Shown here piece after piece: positions 1 to 8,466 of a DNA stretch of 64,000 nucleotides. The notes under the pieces are model-generated. The model was not told where the DNA came from. It worked only from the letters and a program-made list of their open reading frames with translations, and did not search any database. Positions within the stretch are counted from its first letter, which is position 1, and each line of letters begins with the position of its first letter. A program made the position numbers and the translations under genes. Origin of the DNA: Bdellovibrionota bacterium FG-1 (lineage in GTDB: Bacteria; Bdellovibrionota; UBA1018); assembly GCA_051382295.1 (NCBI GenBank), contig JBBCAW010000010.1, positions 1 to 64,000 on the forward strand, read 5' to 3'.

Positions 1-310
1 GAAGCACATCGTCCTCAAGGCGAAAAGTCGCTGAATTATCAACCACCCAAGCACCCGATTCAGCCGCCTGCGGCACCCACTCTTTAGAAACGGCGTCACT
101 AGCATCAAAAAAAGCGATATTCACGCCCTCAAAACAGCCTTTCCGAAGCACTTGGCAGCGAAAGTCTCTACCGTTCCAATGAATCTCTTTACCTTCAGAC
201 CGAGACGACGCGAAGGGTACGAGTTCAGTTACCGGGAATTTTCGAGATTCCAAAACAGCCAAGAGATGCTTGCCCACGGCACCCGTAGCACCTACGACAG
301 CCACTTTCAT
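1..310 (-). CDS. asd: Aspartate-semialdehyde dehydrogenase, 5' part (runs off window start)
   Basis: Manual translation from ATG at 310: MKVAVVGATGAVGKHLLAVLESRKFPV...VVDNSATFRL, the Asd N-terminal Rossmann motif; ATGA overlap with pssA stop. Confidence 0.93.
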   Translation of the reverse strand, partial: MKVAVVGATGAVGKHLLAVLESRKFPVTELVPFASSRSEGKEIHWNGRDFRCQVLRKGCFEGVNIAFFDASDAVSKEWVPQAAESGAWVVDNSATFRLEDDVL

Positions 311-1062
311 TTGACAGTTCCTTCGACATTGGGGGGAGGGACTTCCCCTTTTTGAAGAACAATGGGTTTATGAATCGCGAGGCGATACCCATTCCATAAA
401 AGACTTAAACCAACATAAGAACTCAGTAACACGAACAACGTCACCTCGGGTTTAGCCGCGATCAAAATCATCGCGAGTACACCCATCATCAAATAACCGA
501 AACTGGCGCGAGAACGCCAATTCAGCTCCTTAAAAGAAGGGAATTTAATCGTACTGACCATCAAACCCGCCAAACCAAAAGTCAAAATGAGAACTGGAAC
601 CTGAATCTGCTCGACCGTCCAACCCAAAGTTTGGCTGAAAATAATAAAGGTAGCCACCATCCCGGCACCCATCGGAATCGGGAGTCCCTGAAAGTAGGCC
701 TTGGAAAGCACTCCGGCCAGAACATTAAAACGAGCCAACCGCAGGGCCCCGCAGGCTAAAAATAAAAAGGCGGCGGCCCAGCCTACGCGTCCAAAGGGCT
801 GAAGCGCCCACTGATAAAGCAAGACGCCCGGAGCCATTCCGAACGAGATCAAATCGGACAAGCTATCATATTGAACCCCAAACTCGCTGGTGGCTTTCGC
901 CAGCCGCGCGACACGGCCATCGAGCATATCAAAGATAGCGGCCGCCAAGATGGCCCAAGACGCGCTGGTAAAGTCCCCTTGAATCGAGGCAACCACCGAG
1001 TAAAAGCCACAAAACATATTGGCCGTCGTCACAAAATTCGGAACCAGATAAATCTTTCGCAT
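307..1062 (-). CDS. pssA: CDP-diacylglycerol--serine O-phosphatidyltransferase
   Basis: PNFVTTAN; CDP-alcohol phosphotransferase motif DMLDGRVARLAKATSEFGVQYDSLSD; RLARFN; start set at MRKIY. Confidence 0.93.
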   Translation of the reverse strand: MRKIYLVPNFVTTANMFCGFYSVVASIQGDFTSASWAILAAAIFDMLDGRVARLAKATSEFGVQYDSLSDLISFGMAPGVLLYQWALQPFGRVGWAAAFLFLACGALRLARFNVLAGVLSKAYFQGLPIPMGAGMVATFIIFSQTLGWTVEQIQVPVLILTFGLAGLMVSTIKFPSFKELNWRSRASFGYLMMGVLAMILIAAKPEVTLFVLLSSYVGLSLLWNGYRLAIHKPIVLQKGEVPPPNVEGTVK

Positions 1063-1133
1063 CGCCACGAATATACATGACAAGGGCTAAGTTTCAGTAG
1101 CACTTTTTGCGATCATAACGCTGCGAGTCGCGT

Positions 1134-2084
1134 TCAAGCGAAAAACCACCCCCCCCCGACCAAAAGGGCGAGTCCCGCCACGACCGCGATCACAGCTAAA
1201 GTCCGCTGAATCGAAAATCGCTCTAATTTGAGTGCCCAAGCCACCGGAACTGAAAGCACGGGAGCGAGGGAGGCCAGCGTCGAACCAATCGCCAAAGGTG
1301 AATGCGATAAGCCGTAAATAAAAAGAACCGAACCTCCAAAAGCTTCAAGCACAAAAACCCATAACGACTTTTTGATCAGCCGAAACGGAATAGCCACCTC
1401 AGTGCCACGAGCGAGCACCCGCCCCATGCCGATACTCATGACGATGCCAAAAGGCATTCTGACGAGATTAGCCAAAAATGGGTCGACCGTTTTACCGGCA
1501 TACGAAGTAGCCACACTGTTGAGTGCCCACATGAGCATCGTGCCAAATGCGAGCGCCACGCCCAACCCCCGACGAGTCAAATGCTTAGGCGCTGCGTGTA
1601 ACCCTGATGAGGATGCAGGGGTTGGCTCACTTCCACTCAAAATCACGGCTATCACTCCGCCCACGGTAAGAAACAAACCCACGATTTGGTGAAAAGTGAT
1701 GGGCTCACCTTGAATCCACGTCCCTACGCCAGCCGTGAGTAAAGGATAAGTCGACCCGATCGCCAGTGCGGCGGGAACACCGAGTGATCTCGTGCTCCAC
1801 ATAAAGAGAACATCGCCCATTCCATAGCTCGCAAAAATAGAGACCGCGAGCCAAAAAACCTGAGTCGGTGCCATCTGCCAAACTCGGACCCAAAGTTCAA
1901 CCGGCCCACCCGCCATCCACATCGAGCAAACCAAAAACAAAGGCAAAGCCACGGTCGCACGAGCTAGGTTGACGGCAAAAGGAGAATGCCCTCGCGAAAG
2001 GCGAGAATACTGAGCCGATCCCACCGCCCAGGTGATGGAAGCAGCAAAAGCACAAAGGGGACCAAGCCAGGTGGAGGTGTCCAT
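1134..2084 (-). CDS. DMT/EamA family transporter
   Basis: About 10 hydrophobic segments in two repeats, EamA-like P...E motifs; start set at MDTSTW. Confidence 0.85.
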   Translation of the reverse strand: MDTSTWLGPLCAFAASITWAVGSAQYSRLSRGHSPFAVNLARATVALPLFLVCSMWMAGGPVELWVRVWQMAPTQVFWLAVSIFASYGMGDVLFMWSTRSLGVPAALAIGSTYPLLTAGVGTWIQGEPITFHQIVGLFLTVGGVIAVILSGSEPTPASSSGLHAAPKHLTRRGLGVALAFGTMLMWALNSVATSYAGKTVDPFLANLVRMPFGIVMSIGMGRVLARGTEVAIPFRLIKKSLWVFVLEAFGGSVLFIYGLSHSPLAIGSTLASLAPVLSVPVAWALKLERFSIQRTLAVIAVVAGLALLVGGGWFFA

Positions 2085-2200
2085 ATTTCCTATTGATAGC
2101 ATGCAATTGAGCCGGACCAAAACACAGTTGTGGCCGGATAGAGAACAGTTAAAAGTGCTATCACTATTAGGCATGACATGGTATATTGTTTATACTACTT

Positions 2201-3382
2201 ATGCCCCATCAACGCCCCCGTTTTAGCGAAGCAAAAATCAAGAAAATGGCCACTTTTTGGCCGGTTATTGGCGTTCTCGGCATGGGACAGGTGGGTAAAT
2301 CTACCCTTCTCAGAGATCGCCTGGGGATTGAAAACTACCTCACGTTAGACGACGAGGAGATCCGAGCCGAAGCGCAGCTTTCACCACGGGTGTTTTTGGG
2401 GAAAAATCAGTCCACTCCCACGGTTTTGGATGAGGTGCAAAAGGCACCTCACCTTTTTGATGCGCTCAAGGCACTAGTCGATAGAAAAAAAGTTCCGGGC
2501 CGATGGTACTTGTCTGGTTCGGTCGCATTTTCCCAGAAATTAGGCATTCGTGAATCACTCACCGGTCGCATTGGCTTATTGCACTTATATCCCCTTTGTC
2601 TTGCGGAAACGAACCAACAACCCCTGAAAATCCTTAAAAAGGAAAACGATTTTCTACACCCCTCGTCACCCCGATTTAGAGCCGAGGACGTCGCGGAACA
2701 AATGTCCTTAGGGGGACTCCCGGTGCCGGCCTTCGTGCGCGACCCAAAAATGCGGACTGAGTATTGGAATAATTGGTTAGATACCACGATTGCTCGTGAT
2801 GCCTCCCGTGCCTATGGAAAAGGATTTGATCCAGACTATTGCTTTTCGCTCATCCGAATGCTGGCTAAAGCCTTGCCCAAGGGGGAATATCCGTCCTTAA
2901 ATGAAATTACGGGAGATAAACGCAAAGCCAAGCGCTATATCCAAGCATTAGAGAATATCTTTTTCCTAAGACGTTTTACCATCCACGAACCTGGAGTCGG
3001 GAATGACCACTGGATTTTTGGGGATGCAGGTCTGGCTTTTCATCTCAGCCCTCAAAAAGAGGGGCCCGAAGTGAGTCTTTCGATTGCCAGGCATTACCTC
3101 TTGAATGAAATTTTCTGTTTGAACGAGTACCAAGGTTTTGTCGTGCAAAAAACTTTTTATAAAAGCATTCATGGACCGGTGATCGATTTTGTTTGGAATG
3201 GAATTCCGATCAAGATCATCCATGAAAGCATTGCGCCCTCGCAAATGGAATATCATTCACGGAGTTTGGTGGGCGCCATGAAAGCCCTCAAGGTCAAGCG
3301 CGCGGTCCTTTTGGCGCCGGTCAACACGGTGCACCTCCCGAAACAGGGGGTTTGTCTTTTGCCGTGGGGATTTTGGAGTTAG
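2201..3382 (+). CDS. AAA_14/DUF4143-type ATP-binding protein
   Basis: Walker A GMGQVGKST, Walker B VLDEVQKAP, LSGS, ESLTGR, GGLP. Confidence 0.85.
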   Translation: MPHQRPRFSEAKIKKMATFWPVIGVLGMGQVGKSTLLRDRLGIENYLTLDDEEIRAEAQLSPRVFLGKNQSTPTVLDEVQKAPHLFDALKALVDRKKVPGRWYLSGSVAFSQKLGIRESLTGRIGLLHLYPLCLAETNQQPLKILKKENDFLHPSSPRFRAEDVAEQMSLGGLPVPAFVRDPKMRTEYWNNWLDTTIARDASRAYGKGFDPDYCFSLIRMLAKALPKGEYPSLNEITGDKRKAKRYIQALENIFFLRRFTIHEPGVGNDHWIFGDAGLAFHLSPQKEGPEVSLSIARHYLLNEIFCLNEYQGFVVQKTFYKSIHGPVIDFVWNGIPIKIIHESIAPSQMEYHSRSLVGAMKALKVKRAVLLAPVNTVHLPKQGVCLLPWGFWS

Positions 3383-3406
3383 TGGTGGTTAGTCCAATGA
3401 CAAGAA

Positions 3407-3778
3407 TCATACGAGCAAAAGACCAACCTTGGCGCCAAACTTCTTGATACCCTTGTCGCGTGTGAGGAGAGGAAAACCATGTTCCAAGCAGCTTTGTACA
3501 ACAAGACAATCAGCCAGCGTAGCATTCGTGCCCTGTTGTGCGAGGCGCCTTCGTAACTTTCCCGTCTCCTTCCAAAAGTCGGGCGCTGGCATGGCAATTG
3601 GCATTTCTGAAAGAGCCTTTTCAACTTCTCCTGTCATCTCAGTCGAGATGAGTAGTTCAGATAAAACGGCAGGCGCCATCACTACGCGCCCTTCGTTCAA
3701 AGCAGTACGGAAAAGTTCCAGGTCTTCGCCTGACTTTCCTAAAAAATAATCAATCCAAACGTTGGTATCGACAATCAC
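3407..3778 (-). CDS. vapC: PIN-domain (VapC-like) toxin
   Basis: IVDTNVWIDY, SELL, ADCLV, LLTRDK: acidic PIN residues. Confidence 0.9.
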   Translation of the reverse strand: MIVDTNVWIDYFLGKSGEDLELFRTALNEGRVVMAPAVLSELLISTEMTGEVEKALSEMPIAMPAPDFWKETGKLRRRLAQQGTNATLADCLVVQSCLEHGFPLLTRDKGIKKFGAKVGLLLV

Positions 3779-3990
3779 AGCTTTCGATCCTGTCTGAGTT
3801 CGGACAAATTGATTTTCAAATCAAGCTTTCCCCGCAGACCCGCTAAGGTCTTGCTGGCACGCCGCGCGACCAAAATCTCTAAAGCCTGCCGAACAGTCTC
3901 CGTCAGGCTTTGCTTTGTTTCTGCCAAGGCAGCTTTTACTAGATTGGCAGGGAGTTCCATCGTTACTTTCTTAAGACTATGGTTCTTCAT
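3775..3990 (-). CDS. VapB-like antitoxin
   Basis: 71 aa, KVTMELPANLVKAA...LTETVRQAL ribbon-helix-helix-like; overlaps toxin start. Confidence 0.8.
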   Translation of the reverse strand: MKNHSLKKVTMELPANLVKAALAETKQSLTETVRQALEILVARRASKTLAGLRGKLDLKINLSELRQDRKL

Positions 3991-4025
3991 ATGGTAAATA
4001 ATACCATAATACACACCATAGTCAA
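3990..4025 (-). promoter_or_regulatory. Sigma70-type promoter and palindromic operator of the vapBC pair
   Basis: Minus strand TTGACT-N16-TATTAT with TGn extension, 7 nt before ATG; inverted repeat TATGGTA-N5-TACCATA (3990-4008) overlaps the -10. Confidence 0.6.
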
Positions 4026-4124
4026 ATGAGGTACCGCGGCATCTGGGGGGGGCAGCCCCCTAAACAACTTTCTTCAACCCAATCTTAAACGCGGTAGGGC
4101 TTTTTCTTGTGGTCGGCGATGCGA

Positions 4125-4250
4125 TCAGACGACCTCAGACTTGTTGTCACGATAGTCGTAGCCGACGCCGCCATTCATTCCACTGAAGCCATAGATGAAG
4201 TCAGTATCTTTTGGATAGACCGACGACGACCAAAACCAATGACCAATCAT
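4125..4250 (-). pseudogene. C-terminal fragment of an Lcl/DUF1566-like (CLec-fold) protein
   Basis: Translates MIGHWFWSSSVYPKDTDFIYGFSGMNGGVGYDYRDNKSEVV*; FWSSS...F...G...R pattern; no intact 5' part. Confidence 0.5.
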
Positions 4251-4299
4251 CCCTTCGGAAAGTGGTAGCCTTTGTAGTCGGTGGCCCTTGAATCGGACA

Positions 4300-4512
4300 T
4301 TACGACGTCTTTTGTCCCGCCCACATCGGCAAGGGCGGCATATCCGTGATCGACGCGAAGAAGTTGAAGACCTCGTCGTGGTCCTTCTTCACTTCATAGG
4401 TCAGTGAGATCAGGATGTTGGTGTCCAAGATGGTGCCGGGGCAGTAGTCTGCCTCGGCGGACTTCGCTTTCAGATATTTATCGAACTGCGAAAATGGAAT
4501 GACCCTACCCAA
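4300..4512 (-). pseudogene. Truncated PIN-domain protein
   Basis: TILDTNILISL PIN start motif, but only 70 aa. Confidence 0.55.
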
Positions 4513-4513
4513 T

Positions 4514-4711
4514 TCAAGCTCCGACTTCTGGATCGCGAGCGATCTTCTTTCGCTCAGAATCCCTCTTGGCCTTCTCTGCCTTTTCCAGTTCTTCGTCTTT
4601 CCTCATTAGCTCGTTGAACTTGTCCACGGCAGCCGGATTCGGCGGACGCTTGCGAAGCTCTTTCATGGATTCATAAAGTTCGTGGAGCGGCTTTCTCTTT
4701 TTCTTTTCCAT
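4514..4711 (-). CDS. Small charged protein, probable antitoxin partner of the truncated PIN gene
   Basis: 65 aa, GGAGG RBS, directly upstream of the PIN fragment. Confidence 0.5.
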   Translation of the reverse strand: MEKKKRKPLHELYESMKELRKRPPNPAAVDKFNELMRKDEELEKAEKAKRDSERKKIARDPEVGA

Positions 4712-4842
4712 TTTTCAGATCCTCCAAGTTTCAATATAACTCGGAAAAGTGCTGCCGATCTTGGCGATATTATTGCTTTTTATTATCATTCATTGGACCC
4801 CTTGTCTCTATAGAAGTCGCCCGTAGGCCCACCTTAGCAGGG

Positions 4843-4971
4843 TCATTTGGGCTTATTCCCATTCACGATTACCACCAGCTGTTCCATCACGGCCGGGTCA
4901 GTCGGGATGAAACTCAAAGCCTCGGTCGCCCCGGTCTCATCAACTCCGGCAAGACGCACGTACCTCTGCAA
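4843..4971 (-). pseudogene. Probable C-terminal remnant of a tyrosine recombinase/integrase
   Basis: Translates LQRYVRLAGVDETGATEALSFIPTDPAVMEQLVVIVNGNKPK*; resembles the T-x-R-Y catalytic-Tyr tail of integrases (recalled, not searched). Confidence 0.5.
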
Positions 4972-5099
4972 TTTTCATGACCACCGTTGCGGGGACTCCG
5001 GTTGCGATCAGTTGAGTCGCAAAACAGGCTCTGAATGTGTGGAATCGAATCGAAGGCAAGCCATTCGCCTGAGAAAAGCCTCGAAGAATATTTGCCTGA

Positions 5100-5122
5100 T
5101 TTCCGGACTTCCAGTCCGAAAA
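5100..5122 (-). promoter_or_regulatory. Hairpin with GGA triloop 26 nt downstream of the FGE gene (candidate DGR target-recognition hairpin)
   Basis: Minus strand TTTTCGGACT-GGA-AGTCCGGAAA, 10-bp stem with one T-G pair. Confidence 0.5.
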
Positions 5123-5148
5123 CTGGGGCAGGATGTGGTCGTCAGGTT

Positions 5149-6735
5149 TTATCTCGTCCTCACCAGGCGGAAACCGACACCGGGGCTGCGGTAATCAGGC
5201 CCGACGTAGTTGCGAAAAGCGGAGCGCAAGAACTGCGCAACGAAGAACCAACTGCCGCCACGGACCACGCGGGAGGAGCCACTCGAAGCGCCTGTTGGAT
5301 TCATCTGGGCCGTACTATTGTAATCACCGTGCCAATCTTGCACCCAATGCCACACGTTTCCATTCATGTCATAGAGGCCAAACCCGTTGGGCCTCAGCTG
5401 CGCTACTTCGTGCGTCTGACCGCCTGAGTTCCCCTCAAACCAACCATAAAGCGCCAGTTGACTTGAATCGTTGCCAAATGAGTACGCGGTACTTGTGCCA
5501 GCTCTGGCGGCAAATTCCCACTCGGCCTCGGTGGGGAGCCGATAAACATAACCATCTTTAAGAGTCGCGTTCAGTTTTTGAATAAAGCTCTGAGCATCAT
5601 CCCACGAAACTTGCTCGACCGGATTGTTTGGACAAAGCCCCGTCCCATGAATAGTGATAAAACTTTTTGGACAATAGTTGGCTTCCTTAAACCTCGAAGG
5701 CATGGATCCCATCACTTCAAAATATTGTCGTTGAGTCACGGTGGTTTGCTGCATCTCAAATCGATTCGTGAGCTGTACGCGATGCAAATCTTCGCCATCG
5801 TCGCGACCTAATTCACCTTCCGGGGAGCCCATCATAAATGACCCAGGCTGAATTTCCTTAAACTTCATTTCGAAGGGTTCACTTGTCGAATGAGAAGCAT
5901 CCAGAGGGGGCTGTGCTGGTGTAATCGCGCCTTCTAAATTCTTCATCGCCGTCTGATACGCCTTCCGAATCCTCGGCATCAGCGACACCGTCTGTCCATC
6001 ATCATTGCCAGCCTGTTCAGGAACTGAGCGAGTAAACGTGTCGAGCTGTTGAATCACTGACGCGAGCGAAGTCCGAAGCTTCTCATCCCGATTCAAATCC
6101 ACTTTGAGCCACTCGAGTGCCATCATCGCCGCATTGTACTGAGCCTTGGCATTAGTGATCGCTCGATCCTGGACCATCAGCGCGCGAGCATAGTCATAGC
6201 CAAACCTCGCAAAAGCAATCTGCATGGGCGTTCCGCCATTTTGTAGGCTCTTGAGATAAGCCACGTCGCTTTCGTAATACCCAATAGCCATCTCCACCGA
6301 CGACTTAAGAATCCGCACTTGCGCATCCGTCACGCCACTTTCGCCGGGAGCGGAGTTTTGGTAGATTTCTCGGGCGATCTTAATCCCACGATTGAGCACA
6401 AAGCGCATCAGAATTTCAGTTCTGCGACTTTGACCTCCTTGCGGAAACACCTCATAAATCCCGCGATAAAGCGCATCCCGTTTTTCGAGGAGCGACATCG
6501 ACTTGATCACTTCGAGCAAGTCCTTGAGCTTCTTCTGACTATCCGTCGCCCAGGGGAGCAAATCTGCGATTTGGCCCAGAGTAAGCTGAGTTTCCGTGCC
6601 TTCGTCGAGGCTCGAAAGCGTGGCGGGTTGAGCTGCGTGAGCTTGTGGAGTTAGAGCACTTCCTAACATCAGGCTCGTGAGGCCAAGACTGAGCACCAGG
6701 CCAACTTTTTTACCGTTATACTGTTTCATAATCAT
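5149..6735 (-). CDS. Secreted protein with N-terminal helical domain and C-terminal FGE-sulfatase (CLec-fold) domain
   Basis: Signal peptide (AHA); FMMGS, NPVEQVSWDDA, RLPTEAEWEFAARAG, NGFGLYDMNGNVWHW, RVVRGGSW...GFR. Confidence 0.9.
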   Translation of the reverse strand: MIMKQYNGKKVGLVLSLGLTSLMLGSALTPQAHAAQPATLSSLDEGTETQLTLGQIADLLPWATDSQKKLKDLLEVIKSMSLLEKRDALYRGIYEVFPQGGQSRRTEILMRFVLNRGIKIAREIYQNSAPGESGVTDAQVRILKSSVEMAIGYYESDVAYLKSLQNGGTPMQIAFARFGYDYARALMVQDRAITNAKAQYNAAMMALEWLKVDLNRDEKLRTSLASVIQQLDTFTRSVPEQAGNDDGQTVSLMPRIRKAYQTAMKNLEGAITPAQPPLDASHSTSEPFEMKFKEIQPGSFMMGSPEGELGRDDGEDLHRVQLTNRFEMQQTTVTQRQYFEVMGSMPSRFKEANYCPKSFITIHGTGLCPNNPVEQVSWDDAQSFIQKLNATLKDGYVYRLPTEAEWEFAARAGTSTAYSFGNDSSQLALYGWFEGNSGGQTHEVAQLRPNGFGLYDMNGNVWHWVQDWHGDYNSTAQMNPTGASSGSSRVVRGGSWFFVAQFLRSAFRNYVGPDYRSPGVGFRLVRTR

Positions 6736-6766
6736 TTTCCTTTTTTTTTAAATTTTCAAAACCGGG

Positions 6767-7545
6767 TTAATAAAATTTGTATCGGGCAAGTACCTTGCCG
6801 TTATTAGGATCAACCACCACCAGGCGCCCGAGAATAAACATCCCTACCGCCGCGGCCTTGACGTCAGTCTCCGTGCCCGTGCCACTGACCACCGTTTTGT
6901 GAAAAACAAAGAACCCAGAAAAACGTTGCCGCATCACATAGGAGCCATTCAAAGCACCCCCAAAGACCGCCGTGGCTTGCCCCGTCCGAGGATCCACCGG
7001 CGAGATCGTCGCTTTATCGTCGCTGTTGTCTACATTCTTGTAGCGGCCCCACTGAAAGTGAGTCCACTTGACGTGCGAGGTATCACCCGCCTTAAACCGA
7101 ATCGAGCCCTGAAAACCCACCAGGTTATTCACCCCCGAACTGGCGATCGTAAAACCCGGCCGGCCATCGTCCATATTGCCATCCAACGTCAGAGTCAGTG
7201 AAGGGTCTTCGTTCATCCCTGTCGATCCGTCATCGTTTGCCTGAAGGGGCGTCATCATATACGAAATACCGGGTTGGATCGGATCAATCACATAAATGCG
7301 ACCGATCTTAAGATCATCCCACACCAACAGGCCCAGCATACTCGCGTTTCGACCTGACAGCGGTCTCACCATCAAAATTTCTTTGTTGCCATCGGCGTCT
7401 TTTCCTTCATACGAATCCGTAGGAATCGCTTGTGGATTCTGCCCTTGTACTCGCGCATCCGCGAAACCAGGCGAAGCCAACAGCCCTTGAACACTTGCTA
7501 GAACCGAAATCACCAAACCCGTCATCGTTAATTTTTTCATTTTCA
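6767..7545 (-). CDS. Secreted hypothetical protein (beta-rich)
   Basis: Signal peptide MKMKKLTMTGLVISVLA, GGAG RBS, within operon; start approximate. Confidence 0.75.
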
Positions 7546-7566
7546 TTCTCCTTTTATTTTTACGAT

Positions 7567-8466
7567 TTATTTTCCACAACCATTTGAAATCAGCGCCAAA
7601 ACCTCATTGACTTTGTCACTCGCTAAATTCAGTGCGTACCGGACATCGCCACCGTAAACCGCATGATTGCCACCATTGAAGGCCGCAAGCTTTCCATTAA
7701 TCTGCATGAGATCCGTAATCGCACAGGCATACCGAGCACTTCGAAGGGACTGCGAAAGATCCTCCGCTGCCCACTGGGTGATAAACTCCAAAACCTTGAG
7801 CGCCTGCGCGCCATTGTGGACCGGGAAGGTTTCAACTCCCCCGCTTGCCGGGGCGTTCAGCACGAAATTATCACTATAAAGCTGAATCTGGCGGCGCGCG
7901 TACTCCACAAATCGACGTTCGTAGGCGCCCTCATCGAATTGATTACATCCCGCTTCGGTTCTAGCCCTGCAGCCATGAAACGGAATAAAAATCGGCAAAT
8001 CAATCTCGTTTGAGACATATTTAACGAAACTATAGTAACTCAACAGAAAGCTCTTCACGCCCTCCAGATTATCGCCCTGGGCATCTGCCTGCGCTCTCAG
8101 GGCCCGCCCTAACCGCAGTCCGCGCTCAATCGCCTGACGGGTGAGGCTATCTTTGGGTTCGACGGGATTGATGAGCTGCGCGCGAAGAGCCTGTTCCAGC
8201 CCTTGCATCAAGAGTGAAACCGCGCCTGCAGAATCTTGTAATAAGTCTTGCATAGCCGCTTCATCCCGGGCTTGATCTAGGATGACCTGACTCCCTCGAC
8301 ACCACTGCGACACCACCTCCGGTAACGTCGAGGCACGATCCGTGCCGCCGTTATTTGAGCCACCTTCCTTCATCGTCAGGGCCATGGCTTTAGATCCTGC
8401 GCCCAGAAGGCTTGCCAACATTGATAGATAAACTAAATAAGAAATAGATCCATTACGGGGTTTCAT
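7567..8466 (-). CDS. Secreted hypothetical helical protein, paralog of 12472..13386
   Basis: Signal peptide; shared blocks WC, FLLxYY, DEGAxExRFVEYA, DLxQSLxSARYAC. Confidence 0.85.
   Translation of the reverse strand: MKPRNGSISYLVYLSMLASLLGAGSKAMALTMKEGGSNNGGTDRASTLPEVVSQWCRGSQVILDQARDEAAMQDLLQDSAGAVSLLMQGLEQALRAQLINPVEPKDSLTRQAIERGLRLGRALRAQADAQGDNLEGVKSFLLSYYSFVKYVSNEIDLPIFIPFHGCRARTEAGCNQFDEGAYERRFVEYARRQIQLYSDNFVLNAPASGGVETFPVHNGAQALKVLEFITQWAAEDLSQSLRSARYACAITDLMQINGKLAAFNGGNHAVYGGDVRYALNLASDKVNEVLALISNGCGK

Noticed and set aside
4000..6735. Complete DGR cassette
   Set aside because: No reverse transcriptase, Avd or AAC-rich template repeat found in the window; only target-side signals
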